Below are positions 1 to 9,445 of a stretch of DNA of 64,000 bases, one piece after another. This stretch comes from Bacillota bacterium (GTDB lineage: Bacteria; Bacillota; Proteinivoracia; UBA4975), in NCBI GenBank assembly GCA_050949165.1, contig JBMNFF010000001.1:1059185-1123184 (forward strand), given 5' to 3'. A program made the position numbers and the translations under genes. The first letter of the stretch is position 1, and each line of letters starts with the position of its first letter. Under the pieces are notes generated by a model that was not told where the DNA came from, did not search any database, and saw only the letters and a list, made by a program, of their open reading frames with translations.

Positions 1-105
1 ACAAAATCCACTGAATGGTATAAAAAGTTATTTTAGTAAAAGAAAGGGGGACAGCGCAAGCCATCCCTCTTTCCTATAAGCACTTAGTGATTGGCTGACG
101 TACCC

Positions 106-1941
106 CTATTCGCCTTTAGAGATGTCGCAAATCATTTCGGCCCATTGCTTGAACGGGGTGGTGTTGAAGCCTTTAACCTCTTTGCGGTAGATGTCGTAGT
201 ACTGGTTGGAATACAGAGGAATAACAGGTAGCTCGTCGTTAAAGAGCTTCTGGAACTCCAGGAACAATGCGGAGTACTCTTCGGTCTGGGTGGGATCGAG
301 GCTGCGCATCTTGACGGTTACTTCGTCCACTTCGGGAGAACTAAACCGCTCGGTGTTGTAGCCATACCGATCCAGCATATCGCTGTGATAGCTGTAGTAG
401 GGGTCAAAGGCAGCGGAGAAGCCAGTTGCCAGGTTGAAGGAGTGGTACAGCCGCTCGTCCCCCATCATGTAACCATCATAGTAGTGGTCCAGCAACTGAG
501 CAAAGTCGCAACGAGTTACAGACCAGTCGATACCGGCATAGGGGGTATTGGCGAGCAACTGGATTTCGATGTTGTCGGTAACGTTGTTGTCTTCGGTTCC
601 CAGGTGCCGGATAACCAGTCTTTCACCGGCAGCATTGTGGCGATAGTAGCCGGTGTCCGGGCCAGCCTTGGACTTATCGAAGGGAGTCTTGCCGTCAGCT
701 TCGAACTTCCACTCGGTCAGATCCAAGAGTTCGTTGGCCTTGTCGGTGTTGAGGACGAAGTTGGGCAGGGCATCGATTTCGGCCTTGTTGTCCTCGTACA
801 TCCACTGGGCAAGACCGTACATGCCGTTGGTCACGGAGCCATAGCCGCCCAGGACGTTCTTGATGATTTCCTGACGGTCCATCAGGTAAGCGACGGCTTT
901 GCGGACGTTCTTGTCAGCAGCAGGACCGAAGTCACAGTGCCAGAAGATTCCGCCGTAACCGTTACGGGGATAGAAGGTGACATCGGTGGTATCAGCAACC
1001 TTGGCCTTTTCAATCTTTTCGCCTTCGATGACGCCGGTTACGACATCAACGTCGCCGTTGATGACCTGGTCAACGTCGGTGGTCTGGTTGATGTAGCGAA
1101 TGATGATGAACTCGAGCTTGGGCTTGTCGCCCTTCCAGTCGCCCTTAAAGTATTCGTTCTTTTGCAGGGTGACAGCGTTGTTTTCAAAGCTCACAAAGTT
1201 GTAGGGGCCACAGGTAACTGTGGGTGCGTAGCGCTCGATCTGAGCGATCCGCATGGCATTGAAGGCCAGGGTCCACTCGGGATTGTCGCTGACCAGCATT
1301 GCGCCGTTGTCATTAGAATCGATGTCAGCTTCGGGACACCAGCTGTGCATGGGCAGGGGACCGTATGCAACATAGGTTACTTCGAAGAAATAGGGAAGTT
1401 CTTCTGCATCGATGGTCAGAGAGAACTTATAGTCGTCGATGAGCTTGACGCCAGCGAAGCGATCGGCTTCGCCGCTATGGTAGGCGGAATAACCCAGCAA
1501 GCCGTCGCCGGCGGAAGTACCTGCTCCAGCTGCTACCCACTCGTCGGAAGCGGAGAAGAGGATGTTGAAGACGTAGTCCTTGGCGGTAATCGGTGTGCCG
1601 TCATTCCACTTCAGGTCGTTGTGGATTTCGAAGGTATAGGTCTTGTTGCCCGCGCCGTCCACCACAGCGCTATAATCCTTGACGACAGTCGGGTTGATGA
1701 TGAACTCGCCCCCAGGGGTGACTTCGTAGGTGGAATAGTAGCCACCGGTCAAGTCTTTTACCCACTTGTCATAGGAGCTGTTGCCAAAACCGTAGATAAA
1801 GTCTCCGGAAATGGCAGGGCTGCCGATGATCAGCGTGTTTTGAGCGGTGGGGGTCTTCTTGTCGCCGCCTTCTTGGATACAACCAACCAAAGCGGCTGCC
1901 ACCAGAGCTGTCACCAGCACTAGTACCAAAAGCCTTTTCAA
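106..1941 (-). CDS. ABC transporter substrate-binding lipoprotein, family 5 (oligopeptide/nickel type)
   Basis: 611-aa ORF; N-terminal signal peptide with lipobox LVGC; family-5 SBP-like sequence; TTG start preceded by AAGGGAGG. Confidence 0.8.
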   Translation of the reverse strand: MKRLLVLVLVTALVAAALVGCIQEGGDKKTPTAQNTLIIGSPAISGDFIYGFGNSSYDKWVKDLTGGYYSTYEVTPGGEFIINPTVVKDYSAVVDGAGNKTYTFEIHNDLKWNDGTPITAKDYVFNILFSASDEWVAAGAGTSAGDGLLGYSAYHSGEADRFAGVKLIDDYKFSLTIDAEELPYFFEVTYVAYGPLPMHSWCPEADIDSNDNGAMLVSDNPEWTLAFNAMRIAQIERYAPTVTCGPYNFVSFENNAVTLQKNEYFKGDWKGDKPKLEFIIIRYINQTTDVDQVINGDVDVVTGVIEGEKIEKAKVADTTDVTFYPRNGYGGIFWHCDFGPAADKNVRKAVAYLMDRQEIIKNVLGGYGSVTNGMYGLAQWMYEDNKAEIDALPNFVLNTDKANELLDLTEWKFEADGKTPFDKSKAGPDTGYYRHNAAGERLVIRHLGTEDNNVTDNIEIQLLANTPYAGIDWSVTRCDFAQLLDHYYDGYMMGDERLYHSFNLATGFSAAFDPYYSYHSDMLDRYGYNTERFSSPEVDEVTVKMRSLDPTQTEEYSALFLEFQKLFNDELPVIPLYSNQYYDIYRKEVKGFNTTPFKQWAEMICDISKGE

Positions 1942-2477
1942 TTTTGTTTCCTCCCTTTAAAAAATTTTAGTGTAAAACACTATATTTTAGGCGGCAGTAG
2001 CCGCACTAAAACCGAACAAAAAGGTGGCATCATTTCCATTTATCTATATTCTACATGGAAGACAAAATTCCTGCTTTCCAGCGCCAAAAAACGGTCCCAC
2101 CGCTTCCAGATGCCGCCAGAGCTTGTCCAATCAGCTTTGCAAATATTATACTGCAATGAAAACAATAGTCAAGGCTGAGCCAAAGTGCTTTTGAGGATTT
2201 TCAACAATTATACTTTGATACTTTAGCGCAGTCAAGCCTTGACGCATGAACAAAAGTGGATTTTGTTCTCAATTTCCTTGTACAGCCCAGCAAAGTCCGT
2301 GGGGATGGAAACACACCGGTATTCAGTTGTCAAAGAGCTCTATATCGCAACTAAATTCAACAAAGGTCGCCGCCTCTCCTGCCTTGAAACAATCCTGAAA
2401 CATATCGGCAGGCAGGCCGGAGGCCGGATCCAGGCGGGAGAAAATCTTACCGCTGCTTTCCGGCCTCCGCGCTCCAA

Positions 2478-3650
2478 CTAAATCAGTTTCATTTCCCGGC
2501 CGACCCTGCCGAAGACATCCAGGGCAAAGTCCAGGTCTTCCCTGCTGTGGGCAGCCGAGAGCATAACCCTGATCCTCGCCTTGCCGTGGGGAACCAGGGG
2601 GAAGCCGATGCTGGTGGCAAAGATGCCCTCTTCAAACAGGCGCTTGCTGAATTCCGAAGCATCCCGGGCATCGCCGATCATCACCGGGGTGATGGGGGTT
2701 TCGGTGACGCCGGTGTCATAGCCCAGTCCCTGCAGGCCCTCCTTAAAGATCCGGGCGTTTTCCCAAAGCCTTTCCACCAATTCGCCGCTCTCCTGGAGGA
2801 TGCGCACTGCCTCCAGAGTAGCGGCAGTATCGGGCACCGTCAGGGCAGAGCTGAAGGTAAAGGGCCGGGCCTTCTGTTTGATATACTCCACTATTTCGGC
2901 GCTGCCCGCTATGCAGCCGCCCATGACGCCCAGAGCCTTGGAAAATGTGCCAATTTCCACATCCACCTGGCCGTGAAGGCCAAAGTGGTCGACGATGCCG
3001 CGGCCAGAGCGGCCCAGGACGCCTTCGCCGTGGGCATCGTCCACATAGGTCATGGCGCCGTACCTTTTCGCCAGCTCGACCATTTCCGGCAATTTGGCGA
3101 TGTCTCCGTCCATGCTGAAGACGCCGTCGGAGATCACCAGTACCCGTCCCTCCAGGTCCTCCTTAAGGACTCTTTCCAGACCTTCCATATCGTTGTGGGG
3201 ATAGACCTTGATTTGGGCCCTGCTCAAGCGGGCGCCGTCGATGATGCTGGCGTGGTTGAGCTCGTCGCTGACTATGGTATCGCCCTTGCCCACCAGGGCG
3301 GGAATTGCGCAGAGGTTGGCATTAAAACCGGACTGAACCGTCAGGCAAGCCTCCACACCCTTAAATTCCGCCAGTTCCCGCTCCAGCTCTTCGTGGATGG
3401 ACATGGTGCCGGCGATGGTGCGCACGGCGCCTGGCCCTACTCCGTACTTGTCGATGGCGGCCTTGGCTGCCTCCCGGATCCGCTCATGGGCGGCGAAGCC
3501 CAGGTAGTTGTTGGAGCAGAAGTTCAGAACTTTCCTGCCGCCAATCTGCACCCAGGCGCCCTGGGCGCTCTCGATGGTGCGGATGTTTTTGTACAGTCCC
3601 TTTTCCTTCAGTTCCTCCAGTTCCGGCTTGATAAAATCCAAAGTTCCCAT
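2478..3650 (-). CDS. kbl: glycine C-acetyltransferase (2-amino-3-ketobutyrate CoA ligase)
   Basis: 390 aa; alignable by eye to Kbl along whole length ([32 protein letters not shown]). Confidence 0.9.
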   Translation of the reverse strand: MGTLDFIKPELEELKEKGLYKNIRTIESAQGAWVQIGGRKVLNFCSNNYLGFAAHERIREAAKAAIDKYGVGPGAVRTIAGTMSIHEELERELAEFKGVEACLTVQSGFNANLCAIPALVGKGDTIVSDELNHASIIDGARLSRAQIKVYPHNDMEGLERVLKEDLEGRVLVISDGVFSMDGDIAKLPEMVELAKRYGAMTYVDDAHGEGVLGRSGRGIVDHFGLHGQVDVEIGTFSKALGVMGGCIAGSAEIVEYIKQKARPFTFSSALTVPDTAATLEAVRILQESGELVERLWENARIFKEGLQGLGYDTGVTETPITPVMIGDARDASEFSKRLFEEGIFATSIGFPLVPHGKARIRVMLSAAHSREDLDFALDVFGRVGREMKLI

Positions 3651-3668
3651 ACTATCTCCCTTCCCTCT

Positions 3669-4694
3669 TTATGGATATAAGATGATTTTGCCGCTATTGC
3701 CACTGATGGCCAGGGCAAAGGCCTCTTCAAACTCCTCAAATTTAAAGCGATGGGTAATCAGGGGTGTCAAATCCAGCCCTGCCCGGAGCAGGGCCTGCAT
3801 CTGGTACCATGTCTCATACATCCTGCGCCCATTGATGCCGTATACCTTGGCGCCCTTGAAGATAATCCCGTCGGCCAGGTCAATTTCCACCGGTTTTGAC
3901 GGCAATCCCAAGAGGGCGGCCCAACCTCCCTTGCGCAGAGCCCGAAAACCTTCGTTGATGGCCGGGGCCGTCCCCGCCATCTCCAGGAGCACATCCACGC
4001 CCAGGCCCTCGGTCTCTTCCAGAATCCGGGCCACCACATCGTCCCTGCCCACTTTGAAAACCCTGTCCGCCCCCAGCTTGAGGGCCAGATCCAGACGATA
4101 ATCATTGAGGTCGCTGGCATAAACCCTCGTGGCGCCTGCCTTTTTGGCGATGGCCGCCGCCGCTACGCCGATGGGACCGCAACCGGTGATGAGCACCGTC
4201 TTGCCCGTGATGGTGTCGGCCAGGGCGGTGTGCACGGCGTTGCCAAAGGGGTCGTGGATGGCGGCAACCTCGGTGGGAATGTCCTCATCCAACACCCAGA
4301 TGTTGCTGCGGGGCACCCGCACGTACTCGGCAAAGCAGCCGTCGGTATCCACGCCGATGATCTCCACATCCTGGCAGATATGGGCCTGACCGGTGCGGCA
4401 GAAATAACACTTGCCGCAGACAAAATGGCCCTCGGCGCTGACCCGGGTCCCCAGGGCCAGGTCTTCAACCCCTTCCCCCAAGGCCGCCACCTCGCCGCAG
4501 AACTCATGGCCGAAGACCAGGGGAGGCTTTATCCGCCCCGCCGCCCAGGGGTCCCAACTGTAAATATGCACATCTGTGCCGCAGATGGCGGCGGCGGTGA
4601 CCTTTACCAATACCTCTCCGCGCCGGGGTATGGGGACAGGAACCTGCTCCAGTCGAGCGCCCGCCTCCGGGGCATGCTTGACCAGAGCCTTCAT
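3669..4694 (-). CDS. tdh: L-threonine 3-dehydrogenase
   Basis: Zn-dependent ADH fold, MKALVK N-terminus and AAICGTDVHIY motif as in Tdh; start may instead be TTG at 4706 (RBS GAGGAGTGG) or the ORF-track GTG at 4736. Confidence 0.85.
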   Translation of the reverse strand: MKALVKHAPEAGARLEQVPVPIPRRGEVLVKVTAAAICGTDVHIYSWDPWAAGRIKPPLVFGHEFCGEVAALGEGVEDLALGTRVSAEGHFVCGKCYFCRTGQAHICQDVEIIGVDTDGCFAEYVRVPRSNIWVLDEDIPTEVAAIHDPFGNAVHTALADTITGKTVLITGCGPIGVAAAAIAKKAGATRVYASDLNDYRLDLALKLGADRVFKVGRDDVVARILEETEGLGVDVLLEMAGTAPAINEGFRALRKGGWAALLGLPSKPVEIDLADGIIFKGAKVYGINGRRMYETWYQMQALLRAGLDLTPLITHRFKFEEFEEAFALAISGNSGKIILYP

Positions 4695-4800
4695 AGTGTC
4701 AACCAAGGTTACCACTCCTCGAATAAGATTTGTCACCCTATTACTATTGGCTCACTTGGAAGAATACGACAAGAGAAATGTGAATTCCTGCCCAAAGAAA

Positions 4801-4850
4801 GGGGACGGGACTTTTCGTTTCACCGACCTGAAACGAAAAGCCCCGTCCCC
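4801..4850 (-). terminator. GC-rich hairpin (about 21-bp arms, 6-nt loop) between transketolase stop and tdh; probable terminator; GGGGACGG-type palindrome
   Basis: ggggacgggacttttcgtttca / tgaaacgaaaagccccgtcccc inverted repeat 8 nt after the tkt stop, followed by T-rich tract on the minus strand. Confidence 0.6.
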
Positions 4851-4857
4851 GTTGTTT

Positions 4858-5787
4858 CTACTTCTTCAGCTTAAGCCCGGCCTCGATGATCTCCTTGGCC
4901 GTCAGGCCATACTTCTCCAGGAGCTCCCCGGGTTTACCGGATTCTCCGAAGGTATCCCGGACGCCGATGCGCACCAGGGGCGTGGGATGTTCCTCGCCCA
5001 GGACTTCGGCGATGGCGCCGCCCAGACCACCGATGATGCTGTGTTCCTCGGCGGTGACCACCGCCCCGCAGCGCCGGGCATACTTGACAACCGTCTCGGC
5101 ATCCAGGGGCTTGATGGTGTGGACATTGACCACGGCGGCGCTGATTCCCCGATCCGCCAGGTCCGCCGCCGCCTCCAGAGCCTGGTGCACCATGTAGCCG
5201 CAGGCAAAGATGACCAGGTCGTCGCCATCCCGCAGCACCTGCGCTCTGCCCGGCTGGAGCTGGTAATCTTCTCCGTTGACGGTGGGCACCGCTGCCCTGC
5301 CTAAACGCAAGTAGACCGGGCCTTGGTGCTCTGCCGCCCAGCGGGTCATGGCTGCGGCCTCGGGGGCGTCGGCGGGCACCAGCACCGTCAGATTGGGCAA
5401 CGCCCGCATCAGGGCGATGTCCTCGTTCATCTGGTGGGTGGCTCCGTCCTCCCCCACGGTGAGCCCGGCGTGGGTGGCGGCAATCTTGACATTGAGATTG
5501 GGATAGGCTATGGAAGTGCGAATCTGATCATAGCAGCGGCCGGCGGCAAAGATGGCGAAGGTGCTGGCAAAGGGGACTTTGCCCGCGGCTGCCAGGCCGG
5601 CGGCGGCGCCCATCATATCCGCCTCGGCAATGCCGATATTAAAAAAGCGGTGGGGAAACTCTTTGGCAAAGAGGGCAGTCTTGGTAGACCCTGAGAGATC
5701 GGCGTCCAGGACGACGATGCGTTCATCCTCGGCCCCCAGCTGGGCCAGAGCCTTGCCGTAGGCCTCCCTGGTAGCTATCTTGGTCAT
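4858..5787 (-). CDS. transketolase, C-terminal subunit
   Basis: MTKIATREAYG start with GGAGGTGG RBS; transketolase C-terminal/pyrimidine-binding domain motifs; longer ORF-track N-terminus rejected. Confidence 0.9.
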   Translation of the reverse strand: MTKIATREAYGKALAQLGAEDERIVVLDADLSGSTKTALFAKEFPHRFFNIGIAEADMMGAAAGLAAAGKVPFASTFAIFAAGRCYDQIRTSIAYPNLNVKIAATHAGLTVGEDGATHQMNEDIALMRALPNLTVLVPADAPEAAAMTRWAAEHQGPVYLRLGRAAVPTVNGEDYQLQPGRAQVLRDGDDLVIFACGYMVHQALEAAADLADRGISAAVVNVHTIKPLDAETVVKYARRCGAVVTAEEHSIIGGLGGAIAEVLGEEHPTPLVRIGVRDTFGESGKPGELLEKYGLTAKEIIEAGLKLKK

Positions 5788-5788
5788 C

Positions 5789-6622
5789 CTACTCCACCTC
5801 CAATTCTCTAAGGGCCTGTTCGGCCTGTTCCCGGCTGGGTGCGCTGCCGTGCCAGCCCGCCTGATTCTCCATAAAGGACACGCCCTTGCCCTTAATTGTC
5901 CGGGCAATAATTACCGAGGGCTTGCCGGCGGCGGCTTTGGCTGCATCCACTGCAGCGAAGATCTGAGCGAAGTCATGGCCGTCGATTTCCTGCACATGCC
6001 AGCCGAAGGCTTCAAACTTGTCCTTGATGGGCGCCACCTCCATGACGGAGCTGACGGCGCCGTCGATCTGCAAGTTGTTATAGTCGACAAAGGCGATGAC
6101 ATTGTCCAGTTTATAATGGGCCGTGGTCATGGCTGCCTCCCAGACCTGGCCTTCCTGGAGCTCGCCGTCCCCCAAGAGCACGTAGATCCGGCGCTCATCC
6201 TGTCCATCCAGCCTGGCGGCCAGAGCCATGCCGTTGGCCGCGGAAAGCCCTTGTCCCAGGGAGCCGGTGGTCATATCCACGCCAGGGGTGAGCTTGCGGT
6301 CGGGATGCCCTTGGAGCCTGCTGTCAATTTTGCGAAAGGTGAGGAGCTCCTCCTTGGCAAAAAAGCCCCTTTCCGCCAAAGCGGAGTAGTACACCGGCGT
6401 TGCGTGGCCTTTGCTGAGGACGAAAATATCCCGCTCCTGCCAGCGGGGCCGGGTGGGATCCACCTTCATGATTTTGAAGTACAGGGCGGCGAGAATTTCC
6501 ACCGCCGATAGCGACCCGCCGGGATGACCCGACGCCGCTTCGGTTACCATGGAGACGATGTGACGGCGCATGCGCTGGGCAACAGCCTTCAGATTTGCAT
6601 ATCCTTCCACTCTCTTCTTCAC
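5789..6622 (-). CDS. transketolase, N-terminal subunit
   Basis: TPP-binding N-terminal half (GHPGGSLS, GDGELQEG); stop 1 nt before the C-terminal subunit start. Confidence 0.9.
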   Translation of the reverse strand: MKKRVEGYANLKAVAQRMRRHIVSMVTEAASGHPGGSLSAVEILAALYFKIMKVDPTRPRWQERDIFVLSKGHATPVYYSALAERGFFAKEELLTFRKIDSRLQGHPDRKLTPGVDMTTGSLGQGLSAANGMALAARLDGQDERRIYVLLGDGELQEGQVWEAAMTTAHYKLDNVIAFVDYNNLQIDGAVSSVMEVAPIKDKFEAFGWHVQEIDGHDFAQIFAAVDAAKAAAGKPSVIIARTIKGKGVSFMENQAGWHGSAPSREQAEQALRELEVE

Positions 6623-7479
6623 CTCTTTATTATATTTAGCGGTGCAAAGCCCATGCCCTGCACTTCGTGAACCTCGGTGACGATTACGAAGGCGTCGCTG
6701 TCTTGCTCCGCTACCAATGCCTTGAGTTTGGAGATTTCGCTGGCGCTGACCACCACCAGGAGGACTTCCCGCTCCCGGCCGCTCCAGGCGCCGCGACCGT
6801 CCAGAAGAGTCGCTCCCCGCTGGAGCTGCTCCAACACGGCGTTGGCAATGGCATTGCTGGCTTCGCTGATGATAAAGGCCGCCTTGGCCCGCCTGAGCCC
6901 CTGCTGGACCAGGTCGATGACCCAGATGGACACAATCAGGGCGATGAGGGCGTACATGGCCAGCTCGGCGTCAAAGACTATGCCCGCCAGGGCCACCACC
7001 AGAAAATCCACCCCCAGGAGGGACTGGCCGACGGTGAGGCCGGTAAATCTGTGGATTATCTGGGCGGCCAGGGCCGTGCCGCCGGTGGTGCCCTGGGCGC
7101 GAAAGACTATTCCCACCCCGACGCCCAGAGTAATGCCGCCGTAAATGGCTGCCAGCAAGAGATCCTCGGTCACGGGACCATAGCCCTCGGTGAGGGCGAC
7201 AAAGGCCGGCAGCAACAGGGACCCCACCAGGGTATTGATTCCAAACCGGGGCCCCAGGACAAACCAGCCCAGGATAAACAAGGGAATGTTGATGGCCAGC
7301 AAGAGGATGCTGACGGGAATGCCCAAAAGATGGGTCAAGACCACCGCAAGCCCGCCTGCGCCGCCCGGAGCGATCTGGTTGGGCACCAGGAGCAGGTTCA
7401 GGGCCAGGGCCGTCACCAGGCAGCCCAGGGCGATTCCCAAGATATTCTTGAGTCGGAACCCTCGAAACAGAGTCTTCAT
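6619..7479 (-). CDS. YitT-family membrane protein (DUF161/DUF2179-like)
   Basis: polytopic hydrophobic N-terminal domain plus soluble C-terminal domain; family call by eye. Confidence 0.6.
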   Translation of the reverse strand: MKTLFRGFRLKNILGIALGCLVTALALNLLLVPNQIAPGGAGGLAVVLTHLLGIPVSILLLAINIPLFILGWFVLGPRFGINTLVGSLLLPAFVALTEGYGPVTEDLLLAAIYGGITLGVGVGIVFRAQGTTGGTALAAQIIHRFTGLTVGQSLLGVDFLVVALAGIVFDAELAMYALIALIVSIWVIDLVQQGLRRAKAAFIISEASNAIANAVLEQLQRGATLLDGRGAWSGREREVLLVVVSASEISKLKALVAEQDSDAFVIVTEVHEVQGMGFAPLNIIKR

Positions 7480-8222
7480 GCCTTGCTGGCAACAATTATC
7501 ATGCGGCGGCTAGAAGCGGTAAAACTGCCGCCGCCGGTGTCGCCGTAGACCTCCTCTACGGAAAATCTGCTATGCCGGAGCAGGAGCATGATTTCCCGGG
7601 GAAAGAGCAGGCTGACAGCCGACTCTTCCAGGACCTGCTCCAGCAGGACGCCGCCTTTATACTGCTGATAGATGGTGGTCAGGTAACAGCGCTGGTTGAT
7701 GAGATCACAGCGGGAATGGACAGTGCGCAGCAGCTTGACATCGCCATCCAGGTTGACGCTGCGCCCGACGCTGGTCCCGCCCTGGAGCAATTCCAGCCTG
7801 GGCGGGTACAGGTCCAACACTATTTTTCCCCCCAGGACCAGAAGTTTACGCAGATTGGCCAGGCAGCGCAGCTGTTCTTCACTGCTGAGGAGGCGGGCGA
7901 AACTGCCCCGGGCCAACAGAGCCGTGGTAAACTGGCTCTCCCAGGGAAAGTCCTGTATATCTCCCTCGACAAAGTGCAGGCGCTCCCGGCTGCTGGGAGG
8001 GAGCTTGTCCGCCTTGTCCCGGGCAATGTCCAACATATAGGGGGAACTGTCCACCCCCACCACTTCCAGACCGGCTCCCGCCAGGTCCAAAGCCAGGGCG
8101 CCGGTGCCGCACCCCAGGTTCAGCACCGGCCCTCCCGTACTCAGGACAAGACGGCGGAAAAAGGGGATATCTTCCCTGCCGGCAAAGTAATCGCAGTAAA
8201 GAGACGCCTTCTTGCCATACAT
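7476..8222 (-). CDS. class I SAM-dependent methyltransferase
   Basis: VLNLGCGTG and VVGVDSS Rossmann methyltransferase motifs. Confidence 0.7.
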   Translation of the reverse strand: MYGKKASLYCDYFAGREDIPFFRRLVLSTGGPVLNLGCGTGALALDLAGAGLEVVGVDSSPYMLDIARDKADKLPPSSRERLHFVEGDIQDFPWESQFTTALLARGSFARLLSSEEQLRCLANLRKLLVLGGKIVLDLYPPRLELLQGGTSVGRSVNLDGDVKLLRTVHSRCDLINQRCYLTTIYQQYKGGVLLEQVLEESAVSLLFPREIMLLLRHSRFSVEEVYGDTGGGSFTASSRRMIIVASKA

Positions 8223-9336
8223 CTACTGCCCCTCCCCGTAGCCTGCTTGCCAGCGCAGCCAGGCGTCAATAAACACATCCACATCTCCGTCCAGGACGGC
8301 GTTGGCATTGCCCACCTCCACATTGGTCCGGTGGTCTTTGACCAGGCTGTAAGGATGAAACACATAGGAGCGAATTTGGCTGCCCCACCCGATTTCCCGC
8401 TGTTCGCCTCGAATCCTGGCCAATTCTGCCTCCTGCTCCTGGCGCTGGCGGTCGGCCAGCTTGGCCTGGAGAATCTTCATGGCAGCCAGCCGGTTGGCGT
8501 GCTGGGAGCGTTCATTCTGGCAGGAGACAACTATCCCCGTGGGCAGGTGGGTGATCCGCACCGCCGAGTCGGTGGTGTTGACATGCTGCCCCCCGGCGCC
8601 GCTGGACCGGAAGGTATCAATGCGCAGGTCGTCGGGATTGATTTCGATTTCCGAATCCTCACTGACCTCGGGAATGACATCCAGGGAGGCAAAGGAAGTG
8701 TGGCGCCGCCCCGAAGAGTCAAAGGGAGAAATCCGCACCAGGCGGTGGACTCCCTTCTCGGCCTTGAGATGCCCGAAGGCATACTCGCCCTTGATCAGCA
8801 GAGTCACGCTCTTGATTCCCGCCTCTTCATCGGGCAGGTAGTCCAGGATTTCCACCCCGAACTTATGCTTCTCCGCCCAGCGGGTGTACATGCGCATCAG
8901 CATCTCCGTCCAGTCCTGGGACTCCAGGCCCCCGGCCCCGGAATGCAGGGAGATGATGGCGTTGTTGCGGTCATACTTGCCGCCCAGGAGTTGGGTCAGC
9001 TCCAATTGGCTGAGCTCTGCCCGCAGCGCTTCCAAGCCCTGACCGATCTCGGCCGCCAGTTCCGCCTCGTCCTCGGCCAGGGCCAGCTCGGTAAGCTCCG
9101 CCAATTCCTGCCAATCCCCCTGGAGCTTGGTCCAGGCATCGGTAACCCGGCGCAGGGAATTGACCTGGCTGATGACGGCTTGGGCCTGCTGTTGATCATC
9201 CCAAAAGTCGGCCCCGGACATTTTGGCTTCCAGCTTCTCTACTTCCCTGAGCTTGGCGGGGAGGTCAAAGGGAGACCCCCATTTCCTCGATTCTCTTGCC
9301 AAGCTGCTGAAGTTCAGACCTGTATTCGCTTAGCAA
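8223..9336 (-). CDS. prfB: peptide chain release factor 2 (requires programmed +1 frameshift)
   Basis: RF2 core incl. SGAGGQHVN; frame-0 leader [23 protein letters not shown] ends at in-frame TGA within CTT TGA C (9264-9270, minus strand); TTG start at 9336 with GAGG RBS. Confidence 0.9.
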
Positions 9337-9361
9337 AAAAACACCTCGCTTTCCTGAGCAT

Positions 9362-9444
9362 CGCGACAACGGGGACGCTTCTCCCTGTCGCGGTTGTCAT
9401 TCATCGCCGCCGACGCGACAGGGAGAAGCGTCCCCGCTGTCGCG
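9362..9444. repeat. nested palindromic element: two 31-bp arms (CGCGACA..GGGGACGC..TGTCGCG) that are near-perfect reverse complements, 21-bp spacer
   Basis: arms 9362-9392 and 9414-9444 differ at one position from perfect inverted repeat; lies in secA-prfB intergenic region. Confidence 0.75.
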
Positions 9445-9445
9445 C

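Noticed and set aside
385-1923. Long plus-strand ORF (512 aa) antisense to the SBP gene; similar long antisense ORFs at 2547-3680, 7572-9680, 9644-12016, 13401-15089, 30148-31938, 26238-27533
   Set aside because: High-GC antisense artefacts: low-complexity Gly/Ala/Pro/Arg-rich translations, no RBS, and the opposite strand carries recognisable protein families
2239-2481. 80-aa plus-strand ORF in the kbl-SBP intergenic region
   Set aside because: No RBS, lies in the terminator/promoter region of minus-strand genes, no recognisable motif
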